A stretch of DNA of 64,000 nucleotides from Histomonas meleagridis 2922-C6/04-290x (taxonomy: Eukaryota > Protista > Parabasalia). Numbering within the stretch: position 1 is the stretch's first letter; each line of letters begins with the position of its first letter. The stretch lies in NCBI GenBank assembly GCA_020184695.1, contig JAANOX010000242.1, positions 62,001 to 126,000 of the forward strand, in the 5' to 3' direction. The notes beneath the pieces were generated by a model. The model searched no databases. It worked only from the letters and a program-made list of their open reading frames with translations, and was not told where the DNA came from. The translations under genes were made by a program, and so were the position numbers. Of this stretch, positions 52,167 to 63,213 are shown piece by piece.

Positions 52167-54002
52167 TCAGTAATATGTTTCATTGAGCTCACCGTACGTT
52201 GGGCCGTATTTGATTTTACTCGGAATCGGTATCTTTAATCCTAACATTGATGAACAATTTGCATAATTTGTTATTTGATTTAACAACTCATTAAATTCAT
52301 TAGCATCAGACATAACTTCTGTTTGGAATAACCATTCGTCATGTAATTGTAATAATGGTTCAATTTCATTGATGTTATCTAAAATATGAATCAACGCAAA
52401 CTTAACAAAATCTGCTGCGCTTCCTTGGATTAATGTATTGATGGCAATTCTTTGATCTCGTTTTCGTTCGAATGATGAATTACTTTTAATGTTTGGTAAT
52501 ATTCTTCTTTTCCCACATAACGTTTTAACATATCCATCTTTCGTAACTTGAGAAGTAATTTTTTCAACAAATTTTTTGATGTTTGGAAATGTCTTTAATA
52601 AAGAACTTAATTTTTGCCCTTTTTCATTTCCATCTTTTGTCCAACTTTTTCCATATATTGTTGCATACACAGCTTGTTTAGCTTCTTTTCTTTGTTCTTT
52701 AGTAACTTCATTAATGTCATTCAAATTATATATCAGCATAGCAATATGTGAATGAACATCGATTTGTAAATTATTACATAGTTCTGTTAATTTATTATCT
52801 TCGACATAATGTGCTAAGATACGTAATTCAAGTTGTGAATAATCTAATGATATTAATATATAATTAGAATTAATTGGAAAAAATAATTTTCGTATATTAA
52901 TTTCAGTGTTTGTTGGAATGTTTTGAAGATTCGGTGACGTTATCGATATTCGTCCTGTTGATGTTGAACAAGGATGGAAAAATGGATGTAAATTACAATC
53001 ATTGTCACAATATTCATTGAAGTTTAACCAATTCGATGATATTTTTTGTAATGTTCGATATCGTAATATTAATGGTATTATTGGATGTTGAATCTTTGAT
53101 ATGAATTGAAAACTTGTTGGAGCAAAGTTACGATGATGTGTAATGACTTGATGACGACTATTAATTGATATTGGATTATTCTTTTGTAAGAACTCATTTG
53201 GAATTTGTAAATGTAATGTATTAAATAATATATTACTAACTTCATATGGTGATAATATATTAAATTCTTCTTTTGAGATTTTATAGATTTCATTCCGTAA
53301 TTCCATTAGTTGTCTTTCTATGTCTTCTTTTATTATTAATGATTCAGTGACATTATATGATAATGATTTTAAATGCATTTGCCCAAGTATCCGAATATGT
53401 TTCATTTCGATTAAATTTATCCATTTTAATGAATTGTTTTTTTGGATTTCGTCATATATGGAAATGAATATATTAAACCATTGTTGAATATTATTAGTGT
53501 TTGTAATACTAGAAATTGGATATATGACTTCCGATTTTTGATATGATTCTGTGTTATTAAACCATACGCCAATGATTGGGTCAAAAAATTCAATATTGGA
53601 ACAAAAATCTGGTTCCATAGAAAAAACCCATGAAGAATTCGGTAAAAAATGGATACATGTTTCATCAAATAATACATTAGTTAAATAAGGATCCATATTT
53701 ATAGGCTCTACTTCATTTTCTAAATGAAATCTAATTTGTGTTATTGTTTCAATTGGTTGAATTTTAGGCACTTTGTTATATTCTAAGTTTGAAATAGAAT
53801 CATTAGATATAATTTCCCATATTATTTTCCCAGAAAAAATTCGATTTTCATCATCAGACAAAAATTGAATATCTTCAAAATTATGTGAACTAGAATCTAA
53901 TGGCGGAATCGGGCCTTCCCATTCAGGAAATGCAAATCTAAACAAAGTTTCGTATGGAAACTCTTTTGTCATTTGATTTGATGTTACAACATCAAAGTGC
54001 AT
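52167..54002 (-). CDS. Family A DNA polymerase (Pol theta/nu-like polymerase domain, no helicase)
   Basis: TGRISITSPNLQNIP, motif A DYSQLELRILAH, motif B RKEAKQAVYATIYG, NTLIQGSAAD and motif C LQLHDE. Confidence 0.9.
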   Translation of the reverse strand: MHFDVVTSNQMTKEFPYETLFRFAFPEWEGPIPPLDSSSHNFEDIQFLSDDENRIFSGKIIWEIISNDSISNLEYNKVPKIQPIETITQIRFHLENEVEPINMDPYLTNVLFDETCIHFLPNSSWVFSMEPDFCSNIEFFDPIIGVWFNNTESYQKSEVIYPISSITNTNNIQQWFNIFISIYDEIQKNNSLKWINLIEMKHIRILGQMHLKSLSYNVTESLIIKEDIERQLMELRNEIYKISKEEFNILSPYEVSNILFNTLHLQIPNEFLQKNNPISINSRHQVITHHRNFAPTSFQFISKIQHPIIPLILRYRTLQKISSNWLNFNEYCDNDCNLHPFFHPCSTSTGRISITSPNLQNIPTNTEINIRKLFFPINSNYILISLDYSQLELRILAHYVEDNKLTELCNNLQIDVHSHIAMLIYNLNDINEVTKEQRKEAKQAVYATIYGKSWTKDGNEKGQKLSSLLKTFPNIKKFVEKITSQVTKDGYVKTLCGKRRILPNIKSNSSFERKRDQRIAINTLIQGSAADFVKFALIHILDNINEIEPLLQLHDEWLFQTEVMSDANEFNELLNQITNYANCSSMLGLKIPIPSKIKYGPTYGELNETYY

Positions 54003-54053
54003 TCAAAAATTCAATTATTTACATGGGGCACCCCATTTAATCAAATCAATTTT

Positions 54054-55298
54054 TTAATTATGTGAACGAAGAACTTGTGTTAAGGAGTGAACACCCCCAT
54101 ACATTGCCGTCATTTCACTTAAGTCAGCGTAAACAATGTTGCCATTAAAACCATGACTTTTAAGTGTTCTTTCAACTTCAGGATTAATTGCAAGAATCTT
54201 AACATGTCCATAAACATCTCTACCAAGTTGTAAGTTATTCATGAAATAATCTTTTTGTTGATCAAGTGAAGCCATTACAATTGTATATCCTTGATTTCTT
54301 AACCATTTACCAAATGGCATCTGCAATTCTTGAACATATTGACCATCTCTTCTAACAAACTCATGAACAATACGTATGTACCTTGGATCATCTTGTGCAA
54401 CTTTGTCTAAACAAATACAAACTTGATCATCAAGTGGTGAGAAAATCGTATCAAGATGAGTTCTTTGACTACTAAGATCTCGTACATCTTCAACAATGAC
54501 AAATCGTTCTGTACCAACCAAATCTTCGCGCATTAATTGTCTTGCAGCAACCATATTTGTACGTAATCCAACTCCGAGTAAAGCTAATTCTCTACCAAGA
54601 GGAATGAAGTCACCTCCTTCAAGTACGCCTGGTGTATATATTTGTCCAATTGGTGTTATTCCAAGTTGATTCCATACATGTTTCATCAATATGTTTTCGA
54701 AAGAACGTTGTGGAGCTGCAAAGCGACCCATGACAACTCCTTTTGCGGTAGTAATTTGTTGATCTCTAGTAAACATAAAATTAGAAAGTGGAGATACTGG
54801 AATCGTTGTTGCACTAAATCCTGTACTTGATTGATCTATTTTGATTGTTACTGTTGGGTGTAACATGAGTAAGTCAATGAGATTATCTTTGTTAAGTTTT
54901 GAGAGAGAATAGTCAAAATAATTTCGTGACATCTTCTTTGAAAGATTATCTAATTTAGCGTTAGGAGAAATCTCAAACTTACAATCTGCTGAGTCAAGAA
55001 GTAAGGACCTTAATTTTTCTTCTGACATTTGAGATAATATTTCACGTACAGTCCATACTCTAGCACCAGATTCTTTTGCAAGAAGAGCGCACATCTTCTT
55101 ATGCGATTCAATAACACGTTCTGGACTAGGAGGTGATTGATAAAGGAAAGCATCAAGATGAAAAGGAAATCGTTCAGCTAATGAAGGGCAATGAGCGACT
55201 ATATCTGTTGGCGTATCGAACACCGACACTTGGTGCGTGCTTCCGACCTGTAGAATCTTCCTTGCTATTCCTCTTGAGTGTGAAATGCTTTTAAGCAT
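54054..55298 (-). CDS. ADI: Arginine deiminase
   Basis: NFMFTRDQQITT, LEGGDF, HLDTIF and GGVHSLTQVL. Start at MLKSISHSR (55298). Confidence 0.9.
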   Translation of the reverse strand: MLKSISHSRGIARKILQVGSTHQVSVFDTPTDIVAHCPSLAERFPFHLDAFLYQSPPSPERVIESHKKMCALLAKESGARVWTVREILSQMSEEKLRSLLLDSADCKFEISPNAKLDNLSKKMSRNYFDYSLSKLNKDNLIDLLMLHPTVTIKIDQSSTGFSATTIPVSPLSNFMFTRDQQITTAKGVVMGRFAAPQRSFENILMKHVWNQLGITPIGQIYTPGVLEGGDFIPLGRELALLGVGLRTNMVAARQLMREDLVGTERFVIVEDVRDLSSQRTHLDTIFSPLDDQVCICLDKVAQDDPRYIRIVHEFVRRDGQYVQELQMPFGKWLRNQGYTIVMASLDQQKDYFMNNLQLGRDVYGHVKILAINPEVERTLKSHGFNGNIVYADLSEMTAMYGGVHSLTQVLRSHN

Positions 55299-55565
55299 TC
55301 TAACAATTGAGATAAACCCTTTAAATTGTTTTATCGTTTTATTTATCGTCCAATGAACCGTTAAGAGTGACCTCACAAACCGAAAATGTCATTTCATTTA
55401 CAACTAATTTACTGATTTCGACAAATATGCGCATTAATTTATTTTCAACATAAATCTTATCAAGCACTTAATTTGATAATTATGCTTTATTTTTCATAAT
55501 TCAACAAATCTTTATTTAGTACAACTGCCATTTTTCATGTTCAAACATCAAATTTAATGAAGAAA

Positions 55566-55930
55566 ATTTCGAAATTTTATAATTTTGGCACCTCCTGTGA
55601 AAGGTTTTTATTTTTTATTGGAAATTTTCACATTTAAAAAACATATAAATAAATAGAAAACAGAATTCATTTACTTTTTCATTAAGATTTTCAGTATAAA
55701 TTCAATCAAAGTGCACTTTGTTTTTCATAGTTCTTTATTTGCCACTTTTCATGATCTACAACAAATTTATTGCAGAAAATTCCAAAATTTTATAATTTTC
55801 GTGCATCCTGTAAAATATTTTTATGTTTCCACATTTAAAATAAAAAAATAAATCGAAGACAGAATTCATTTACTTTTTGTTTATTATTAGTTAAATAGAA
55901 TTCTTGCCGAGTGCACTGTTGTTTCCAACA
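55566..55930. repeat. Diverged 199-bp-period duplication of the WASHC4 3' end and flank
   Basis: CAGAATTCATTTACTTTT, AAATTTTATAATTTT and AGTGCACT each recur about 199 bp apart. Confidence 0.6.
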
Positions 55931-58900
55931 ACTGATATTCTTTTGATTGTTTTTGGATCAATTGCAGCGCCAACTTTTGAGTTTGTGCCTTATTTCCAGA
56001 GCCTTTTTTAATGAAGAACGCCGATTTATTTGCGTTATTTTTGACGTCTTCTATTTGTTCATTTGTATGTTGTTTCAAAGAATCGAACCAATGCAATGTA
56101 TCGAACACCTCATCCTGTGCCAACAACTTTAATATGTAAGCGATTCCAAGTGGGAAACCATCATCGCTATAAGATGAGTTCTTATTTTCGATCATTGCCT
56201 TATCTTTTAATTGCATTATATGATCGATATAAGACAAAGTCAATGATGGAATTATTGCAAAGAAGTTATGTAAATGTGTATTATTCTTATCACGGAAAGG
56301 ACCAGCGAATACATCGACGAGCATCTTAAAGAAGCTATCATTACTATTGAACAATTCCTTTAACTTTCCGACAATCGAATCAAGTCGTTTAGTTGCATCC
56401 ATTGTAGCATCTGGTAATTGGACTTCTTTAGCAAATTCATAAAATGATAAACTTTCATCTTCATCATATACAAAATCATTCGCCTTATTTAAGTATCGTG
56501 TTCCACCATTTTTAACCATACGAACAAATCCTAATGCATTCCCGATCTCTGTAATTAACACACGGAACTTATCTAATGGCGATGGACTTTGTGCATTTTC
56601 TGCAAATCGTTTCATATCAGTAACAAATTTCTCTGCTCGTTTATAAGGCCATAAACCATTGACTTCTTCTTTATGTGTTTCGAACCAAGAAATATCATTA
56701 ATTAATCGACTTTTAACATTTTCATCGAATAAAAACTTCGAAAATATATTAAATTTCGTTCTTAAAAAGCGATACGTGAAATCAACAGTTGTATTCATTA
56801 TACCTATACCATGAGATCTATATGAAGAAAAGATATGAGGAATACCTACAATTGATATATAATGTGAACCTTCAGCACGTTGAATAAAGACTTGTGAATT
56901 TAAGTCATAATTATAACATGAAACAAAGACATTAATATTACGCATGATCTCTAATACATCAATATCTTGTTGCATCATAGAGCCTGGTAAATGACAATCT
57001 AAAACATTAATTCCATATAATTCATTGGCCATATTTGCCATCTCTGTATATGTTTCCCAAACTTGTGGTGATACTGAAGTCTCTTTATAAAATGTTTGCG
57101 TGAAATAATAACTTGCTTCATATTGGATATCTATAAATCGTGTCATTATACGGAATGGTGGAATTGTTAAGAATTTATCGAAATCAGAAAATTGTTTCTT
57201 TAATGGATTTCGTTCTGATACTGATAAATGTTCATGTGTATGAAAACGTAATTCTGTTTCAATTTGACTTAAGATTGGTGATATGAATTCTTTTCGTATC
57301 ATTTCAATGAATATTTTCTCAAATGTTAAATATAATTCATTATTCTTCTTAACCATATCTGCAACATCATTCATTGCTTGCGCTAAAAAGATAATACGTC
57401 TTGGAGCTGATATAATTGCCTTTAAAAAGTATCGGAAGTTATCAATGGAATCAATTAAATATGAACAATTACATGCATCATCAATATATTCATTACAATT
57501 TTGTAACAAATTAATCTTTCGTAAGTTTTGGATGATATCATTACGTGTAAAACCTAATCCATTTAATGGCTTCGATGAAAACAAATCAGAAATAATTTCT
57601 AAACATGGTGCACTATATGAACTTGATATAAATCGTACACAATGATATGCAAGTTTTGTTAAATTACTTGCGCGTGATCGAATTGATCGATATTGTTTCT
57701 TTTTCATAGTTTGTGCAGTACTTTTAAGTTGTGTATGAAATATTTGGACAATAGTATCAACAACTTTTGGTAAGTTATGTGATATAGCTGATTGATTTAA
57801 GAAGAACGTATGTTGTACCGCTTTTAATAACTCAATCATTCTACCAATATGTTCAATGCTTGTTTTACCTATTGGTTTATCAAATGATTGATGTAAATCA
57901 GCTGTACGACATATAGAACTACGTATGAAATAACATAACTCAATTCCTTCAATGATATTGTTTTGACATCGACTTTGCCAACTACTAAACATTGTAAATA
58001 ACTTCATACATAATTGTCCTAATGTTGAATTAGTGGCATTAAGTTGTTGTAATAACTTTTGGTTTGATGATTTATGTTCATTAACACCTATAACTTGTAA
58101 TAATAATTTTGTCATATTCTCTCTCATATACATTATTTGTGAGAATAATGCATAATGATATAACTTTACGATTGGTATGATTTGATATGTTGAAAAGATA
58201 TTTGAGATGATCTTTGGTTTAATGTTAGGTTTAAATAATGTTAAAAAATGTAATAATAATGTAATATCACAAATCTCATCATCATGCTCACAAAATTCAA
58301 CATTCTTTGATCGCTTGGTATAAAAGATAATTTCATTTTCTAAATAACGTTCAAGCATTTGAGAAAATAATTTCGGTGCGATAGGAATAAACTTCTCAAT
58401 TGCATTGAAAAATAATTGAAGTAAATCCCCGCCAAAAACAATTCGATGAATTTGATTAATGATCGGCTCAGCATATGATAAGTCATCTTCAGTAACGCCA
58501 AAGCCAGACGGATCTTTGCGTATCGTAATCATCATCTTCCGATATTCTGTCCATCCAGTAATTAATGTAGGATTTTCATTAATTAATGTTGTAAGAATAT
58601 ATAATAATTTAAGAAAACGACCAAGCGCTGAAAAAGCAGATGAGAGGACAGTAGACTGGAAATAATCATTGTATAATGGATTCTCAGGTGAATATAAAAA
58701 TAAGATGTATTCAATAAATCGTTGACCAACTGAAAAGTATTCGGGTAAGAAACTGGCTAACGATTTAAGCATTGGAAGGATCTTCGAAGTGAGTTCTTCT
58801 AATTGACCAGCAGGAATATCACAATCATTGTTCATAAGACTATCATGTGGTGGAACAATTGGTTCTGCTGTTTCACCAAAAACAGAGATCTCTGAGTAGT

Positions 58901-59360
58901 ACTCTTCCTTGGCCTTCTTCTCGGCTTTGTTGATATAATCAATAAACTGGGTTAATAATTTGATTGGATATATGATATCATCATCATGTTCTTCGAAAAA
59001 TTGATCAATAGTTCTCTCAGTTGGATATGGGTAGTGAAGACTTACAGGTGAGGAAGAAACACCCCATGTACGGCAAGGGTTTTGATCAATAGCTTCATAT
59101 AAATTTTCAAGTTTTTCGGAAAATTGGGTTAAAAATGTGGATAAATCCTCACGTACATTTTGGGAAACTTTGGTAAATGATTCTTTCTCGATGACAGGAA
59201 AGAGAAATTCCCATTGAGTTGTAGTAGTCTCTGAAGAGATTGGAAGAGGTGATGGGATTGGTACATCAGCTGGAACTTCTGGTGGTGGTGGTTCTACTGG
59301 TGCTTCGGGTTGTTCTACTGGTTCCTCAGGTTGCTCTGTTGGTGTTTCCGGTTGATCCAT
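55887..59360 (-). CDS. WASHC4: WASH complex subunit 4 (SWIP)
   Basis: HLPGSMMQQDIDVLEIMRNI, HGIGIMNTTVDFTYRFL, EIGNALGFVRMV, DDGFPLGIAYILKLL. Confidence 0.92.
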   Translation of the reverse strand: MDQPETPTEQPEEPVEQPEAPVEPPPPEVPADVPIPSPLPISSETTTTQWEFLFPVIEKESFTKVSQNVREDLSTFLTQFSEKLENLYEAIDQNPCRTWGVSSSPVSLHYPYPTERTIDQFFEEHDDDIIYPIKLLTQFIDYINKAEKKAKEEYYSEISVFGETAEPIVPPHDSLMNNDCDIPAGQLEELTSKILPMLKSLASFLPEYFSVGQRFIEYILFLYSPENPLYNDYFQSTVLSSAFSALGRFLKLLYILTTLINENPTLITGWTEYRKMMITIRKDPSGFGVTEDDLSYAEPIINQIHRIVFGGDLLQLFFNAIEKFIPIAPKLFSQMLERYLENEIIFYTKRSKNVEFCEHDDEICDITLLLHFLTLFKPNIKPKIISNIFSTYQIIPIVKLYHYALFSQIMYMRENMTKLLLQVIGVNEHKSSNQKLLQQLNATNSTLGQLCMKLFTMFSSWQSRCQNNIIEGIELCYFIRSSICRTADLHQSFDKPIGKTSIEHIGRMIELLKAVQHTFFLNQSAISHNLPKVVDTIVQIFHTQLKSTAQTMKKKQYRSIRSRASNLTKLAYHCVRFISSSYSAPCLEIISDLFSSKPLNGLGFTRNDIIQNLRKINLLQNCNEYIDDACNCSYLIDSIDNFRYFLKAIISAPRRIIFLAQAMNDVADMVKKNNELYLTFEKIFIEMIRKEFISPILSQIETELRFHTHEHLSVSERNPLKKQFSDFDKFLTIPPFRIMTRFIDIQYEASYYFTQTFYKETSVSPQVWETYTEMANMANELYGINVLDCHLPGSMMQQDIDVLEIMRNINVFVSCYNYDLNSQVFIQRAEGSHYISIVGIPHIFSSYRSHGIGIMNTTVDFTYRFLRTKFNIFSKFLFDENVKSRLINDISWFETHKEEVNGLWPYKRAEKFVTDMKRFAENAQSPSPLDKFRVLITEIGNALGFVRMVKNGGTRYLNKANDFVYDEDESLSFYEFAKEVQLPDATMDATKRLDSIVGKLKELFNSNDSFFKMLVDVFAGPFRDKNNTHLHNFFAIIPSLTLSYIDHIMQLKDKAMIENKNSSYSDDGFPLGIAYILKLLAQDEVFDTLHWFDSLKQHTNEQIEDVKNNANKSAFFIKKGSGNKAQTQKLALQLIQKQSKEYQLLETTVHSARILFN

Positions 59361-59654
59361 CGTTACGAAGTGCGGTTAACCTCAGAAAAATTCAGATAAA
59401 CAATAAAGGAGAAAAAGATTAACTCAGGTTGCATCATAACGAAGTTAAGAATATAATTCAAATAAAATGACTGGAGACAAATCAAATCATATGATATGTT
59501 TTAATCATTAATGGTAAAAATCTTATTTCTTTACGTAAAAAAATCAGATTTCTTATTTTGCTAAAAAGTGACAATATTTCCAAAAATGAACTTGTAACCC
59601 ATTGTGTGGTTATGATTTTTCTAAAATATTATAATATCTTATCTAAATTAATCA

Positions 59655-60961
59655 TCAAAAAATTACTTGGTTAATGAATTTTAAAATATATTTCATAACG
59701 TTGAAATTACCAATTGAAGAAGCTGAAATTATTGCAGGTTCAAAACAAACAAATAAATTCCAAACATTACATAGAAATATAACATATATAAAATAAACTT
59801 TAAAATAAAACAAAAAATATTAGTAGCTTTAATATCTATTTTAATTTTTTCAATTAAATACTTGAAAAACTCAAAATTTCTTGAATAAATGGAATTATAT
59901 AAAATATCTTTTGGTAATTGTTTTGTATGATAAAAATATAAAAACAAATACAAATTACCAATTTTTGCCGATTCATTTAATAAATCATCATTATATATTA
60001 AACCATTATCTATTAAAAATGCTAAAATTTCATAATTATAATATATTATACATTTCTTTCCATATTTATTAATATCTTCAGGTTTAAATATATTTGGCTT
60101 ATTCTCAAATAGATATCTAATTATATCATTTCGATGATATTCTATACATACTTCAATCGAATCATTAAAATCAACTTTTTCTTGTTCACATAAATGAATT
60201 ATCCCAAGATTTCCACCAGCAGCTGCATAAGGGCCTGTTGAACTTACATCAGAACCATTTAATAATAAATATTTAAAACATTTAATAGATCCAAAAAAAG
60301 CTGCATAATCTGCTAATGAAATTGGCTTTTCATTGACTAATGAAAATCGTTCATATAATGATGGATCAATCTTTTGATTAAAATCAAATTCATTTTGCGA
60401 TGTCATTTCTTGAAGTTTTTCAATGTTATCATTTCGAATTACTTTCGCTAATTCATTGGGATTTACACCTTCATGTATTAATTGTTTATGTAATGCCCAA
60501 TTGTCTTTTCTTAAGTTTTCAATTTTTCGACTATAGTCACCATATTTTTCATAATGTTCATCTGTTAAATAATGTACAAAATAACATGTTTTTAATGATT
60601 TGACATTTATGGGATCAATCATCTTTTCTTCTATCATCGCCTCTAAAAGATATCGTGATTCTTGTGGCTTATAAGCAAAATTTAGTGTGGAAAGAATATC
60701 ATCCCTAAAATCAAATACAATGTTTTTCTTTTCTTGAATGGATTTTAAAAAAGTTATCAGAACATTTGGTACTCCCTTTTGTGAAAAGAAGGAAGAAAAT
60801 ACTAATTGACATATAACATGAATAAATGTTTGTGGATTTTCATCATCAAAAATATTCAAAATATTTTCAACTGAAGCTTCAATATTTGATTCACACAAAT
60901 TATAGATTATGCTTTGTAGTGTTTCAAGGGTAGATAAATATTTTATATTATTTGTTTTCAT
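59655..60961 (-). CDS. DUF3447-ankyrin gene with one diverged 71-nt spacer (59745-59815) before a last ankyrin half-repeat
   Basis: DUF3447 core (IRNDNIEKLQ, LADYAAFFGSIKCFKYLL); after the spacer the -1 frame reads FEPAIISASSIGNFNVMKYILKF..TGA. Confidence 0.75.
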
Positions 60962-61442
60962 TTGATGAAAATTTTGTGTTTTGGCTTGGTGGTTCAATTG
61001 AATGCTATTGCACTGAAAAAGACCAAACCGATGGCCGTTTATTAATTTGTCTCAACAAATAAAAATCATTTTCCATTTTTGTTTTTCATGAAATTTTAAA
61101 TGAAATACTAATTCATTAATAGTTTGCACTAATTTTTTGAAATTAATTTCATTGCATCAAAAAAATATTTTGAAACATTAATGTCAACAAATTTTCATCA
61201 CTAACATCATAAAAATAAGGTTTACATATAATTTCGTGCTTTCTGGGGTAAGCGGTGCTTTTATTTTACATATATAAACGATGTAATTTGATTCTCTCCA
61301 TGTGCAAATAACATCTTTTTATATTGAATGAACTTTTCTCACTCTCTTTATTAATTAAAAACAAGTCTTATTGGAATTGTGAAAAAATCATGATTATTAT
61401 TTTATTCAAAATATAAAAATATTTGTATATCCTAAATTAGTA

Positions 61443-62078
61443 TTACAAATTACTCCTTTTTGTTTGGATGTTCCTCTTCTTTTTGTAATCGCCAAGGATT
61501 TCTAGAGAAAGCTTCTTGTCTCCATCATAGAGTGGAGCCGCCAGTGCTTGATCAGCTGCAGCTTCACTAAAGAAAACAACAATTGCTGATCCAGTAAATA
61601 TCCTATCTCCATCATCATTTAGTGTATATTGGAATATTATACTTTCTGGCTCTTCTGCCTCAGCTATAAAGATGTCATAAAGATTATCGACAGTTATATC
61701 TTTGTTTAAACCACATACTCTAACAGATCGAAATTTCCTCCTAACATCTTTTGAATATGGTACTTTAGATCTAATTCTTTGATTGTTCATATCAACTTCA
61801 AGGAAATGTGAATGTGAGCATGCTAACAAAAGATCATCTGAAGTGATACCAATTTGTTTGATTCGTTTGCAATTCATAAAAACATTAACATTAACATAAC
61901 GGTCTTTGGTTTTTAAAACTTGTTCTCGCATAAATTCATCATTATCAAGATTTGTGTTACAAAGATAAAATTCAATCTGGTCCTTAGCTGATTGCATTAT
62001 GTCTGTCATTTCAAAGTCATCGCTTTTACCTTCTGCTTCTTTGTCTAAAGCGAAAAGTGATCCAAGTCTCTTTATCAT
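61443..62078 (-). CDS. La-motif + RRM protein (La/LARP-like)
   Basis: QIEFYLCNTNLDNDEFM..YVNVNVFMNCKRIK La motif, followed by an RRM (RSVRVCGL, FTGSAIVVF). Confidence 0.8.
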   Translation of the reverse strand: MIKRLGSLFALDKEAEGKSDDFEMTDIMQSAKDQIEFYLCNTNLDNDEFMREQVLKTKDRYVNVNVFMNCKRIKQIGITSDDLLLACSHSHFLEVDMNNQRIRSKVPYSKDVRRKFRSVRVCGLNKDITVDNLYDIFIAEAEEPESIIFQYTLNDDGDRIFTGSAIVVFFSEAAADQALAAPLYDGDKKLSLEILGDYKKKRNIQTKRSNL

Positions 62079-62971
62079 TTTTTTTCTTTTTTTCACTTCA
62101 CTTTTGAATTTTTTTTTAAATTGCTTAAATAAATCGAGAAAAACAAACGAGACCTAATTTTAGTATTATTGGAAGAAAAGATTTTCTCAATAATACAAAA
62201 ATTACAAATACGAAATACTTATCAACACCCTATTGTCGACAAAAAATTTTCCTCTAGGCCTTTATCGCAAAATGATATGCTCCAAGAGGTTTAAAATCAA
62301 AATAACACAAAATAAAAGCAACAACGAATATATCACATCAAAATCTTCAAGTTAATTAATTGCTGAATTTAATAAACCACGTATAATGTATAACACTAAA
62401 AAATTAACATGGAATCAAAAAAAATTCAGCAAGCTGAAAAAAGCATCCAATTTACGATAGGTAAAAAGTATACTAAAGATTTAAAGAAACTTAAAGAAAC
62501 ATATATACAAAGGTCAAATCAATCAGATGGCCTTCAATTTAATATTGTTAAAATGCGTGAAGAAGTAACTCGATTTGAAATAGAATGGAATACAGACGAA
62601 GCGACCAAAATTTTCCTAAATATCAAAATCCTTGAAAATGATATTACAAATAATTTAATATAATTTAATATTACAAATTCGAGAAGTTGAAGCTCGGAAA
62701 GACATTTTGGCTGAAGCACAAGAAAACAAAAACAATTTGCATAGAGAGATTGGATGATGAGATGGAAAAGTTGGAAAAGAATAAGAAAAAAGAACTTGGC
62801 CAATAAAGCAAAGAATCGAAGAAATACTCAAACAATTACAAGAACAACAAATATAATGATATCAGTAGTTGTTTGCTCATGAAAAAAACACCAACATGCG
62901 AAAAGATAAGTAATTTGAATGAACATTTATACAATTTATGATGTGTCAATATACATAAGTGCTTTCCAAAA

Positions 62972-63042
62972 TAATTTGAATAATTTCCAAATATTATTTT
63001 GAAAAATCAAATTATTAAAATCAATTTTAAATAAAACAAACA
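62972..63042 (-). other. Solo 71-nt ankyrin spacer with only a few codons of ankyrin flank
   Basis: TGTTTGTTTTATTTAAAATTGATTTTAATAATTTGATTTTTCAAAATAATATTTGGAAATTATTCAAATTA between NVEIYI and FWKALM. Confidence 0.85.
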
Positions 63043-63213
63043 AATATATATTTCAACATTTAAGTAAAAATATTTATATAGTTAATTAAACTTTTTATTT
63101 TTTATCATTATCATGGAAACCGTTAATATTTCAATACTTTAAATGGTCGGATATTTAAATTGAATCATTAAATGCTCAACCAAAAAATGCCTTCATAAGA
63201 TCATTTTTTTATT

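Noticed and set aside
62409-62900. 84-aa coiled-coil-like ORF with an out-of-frame continuation
   Set aside because: No family signal; a probable gene fragment.
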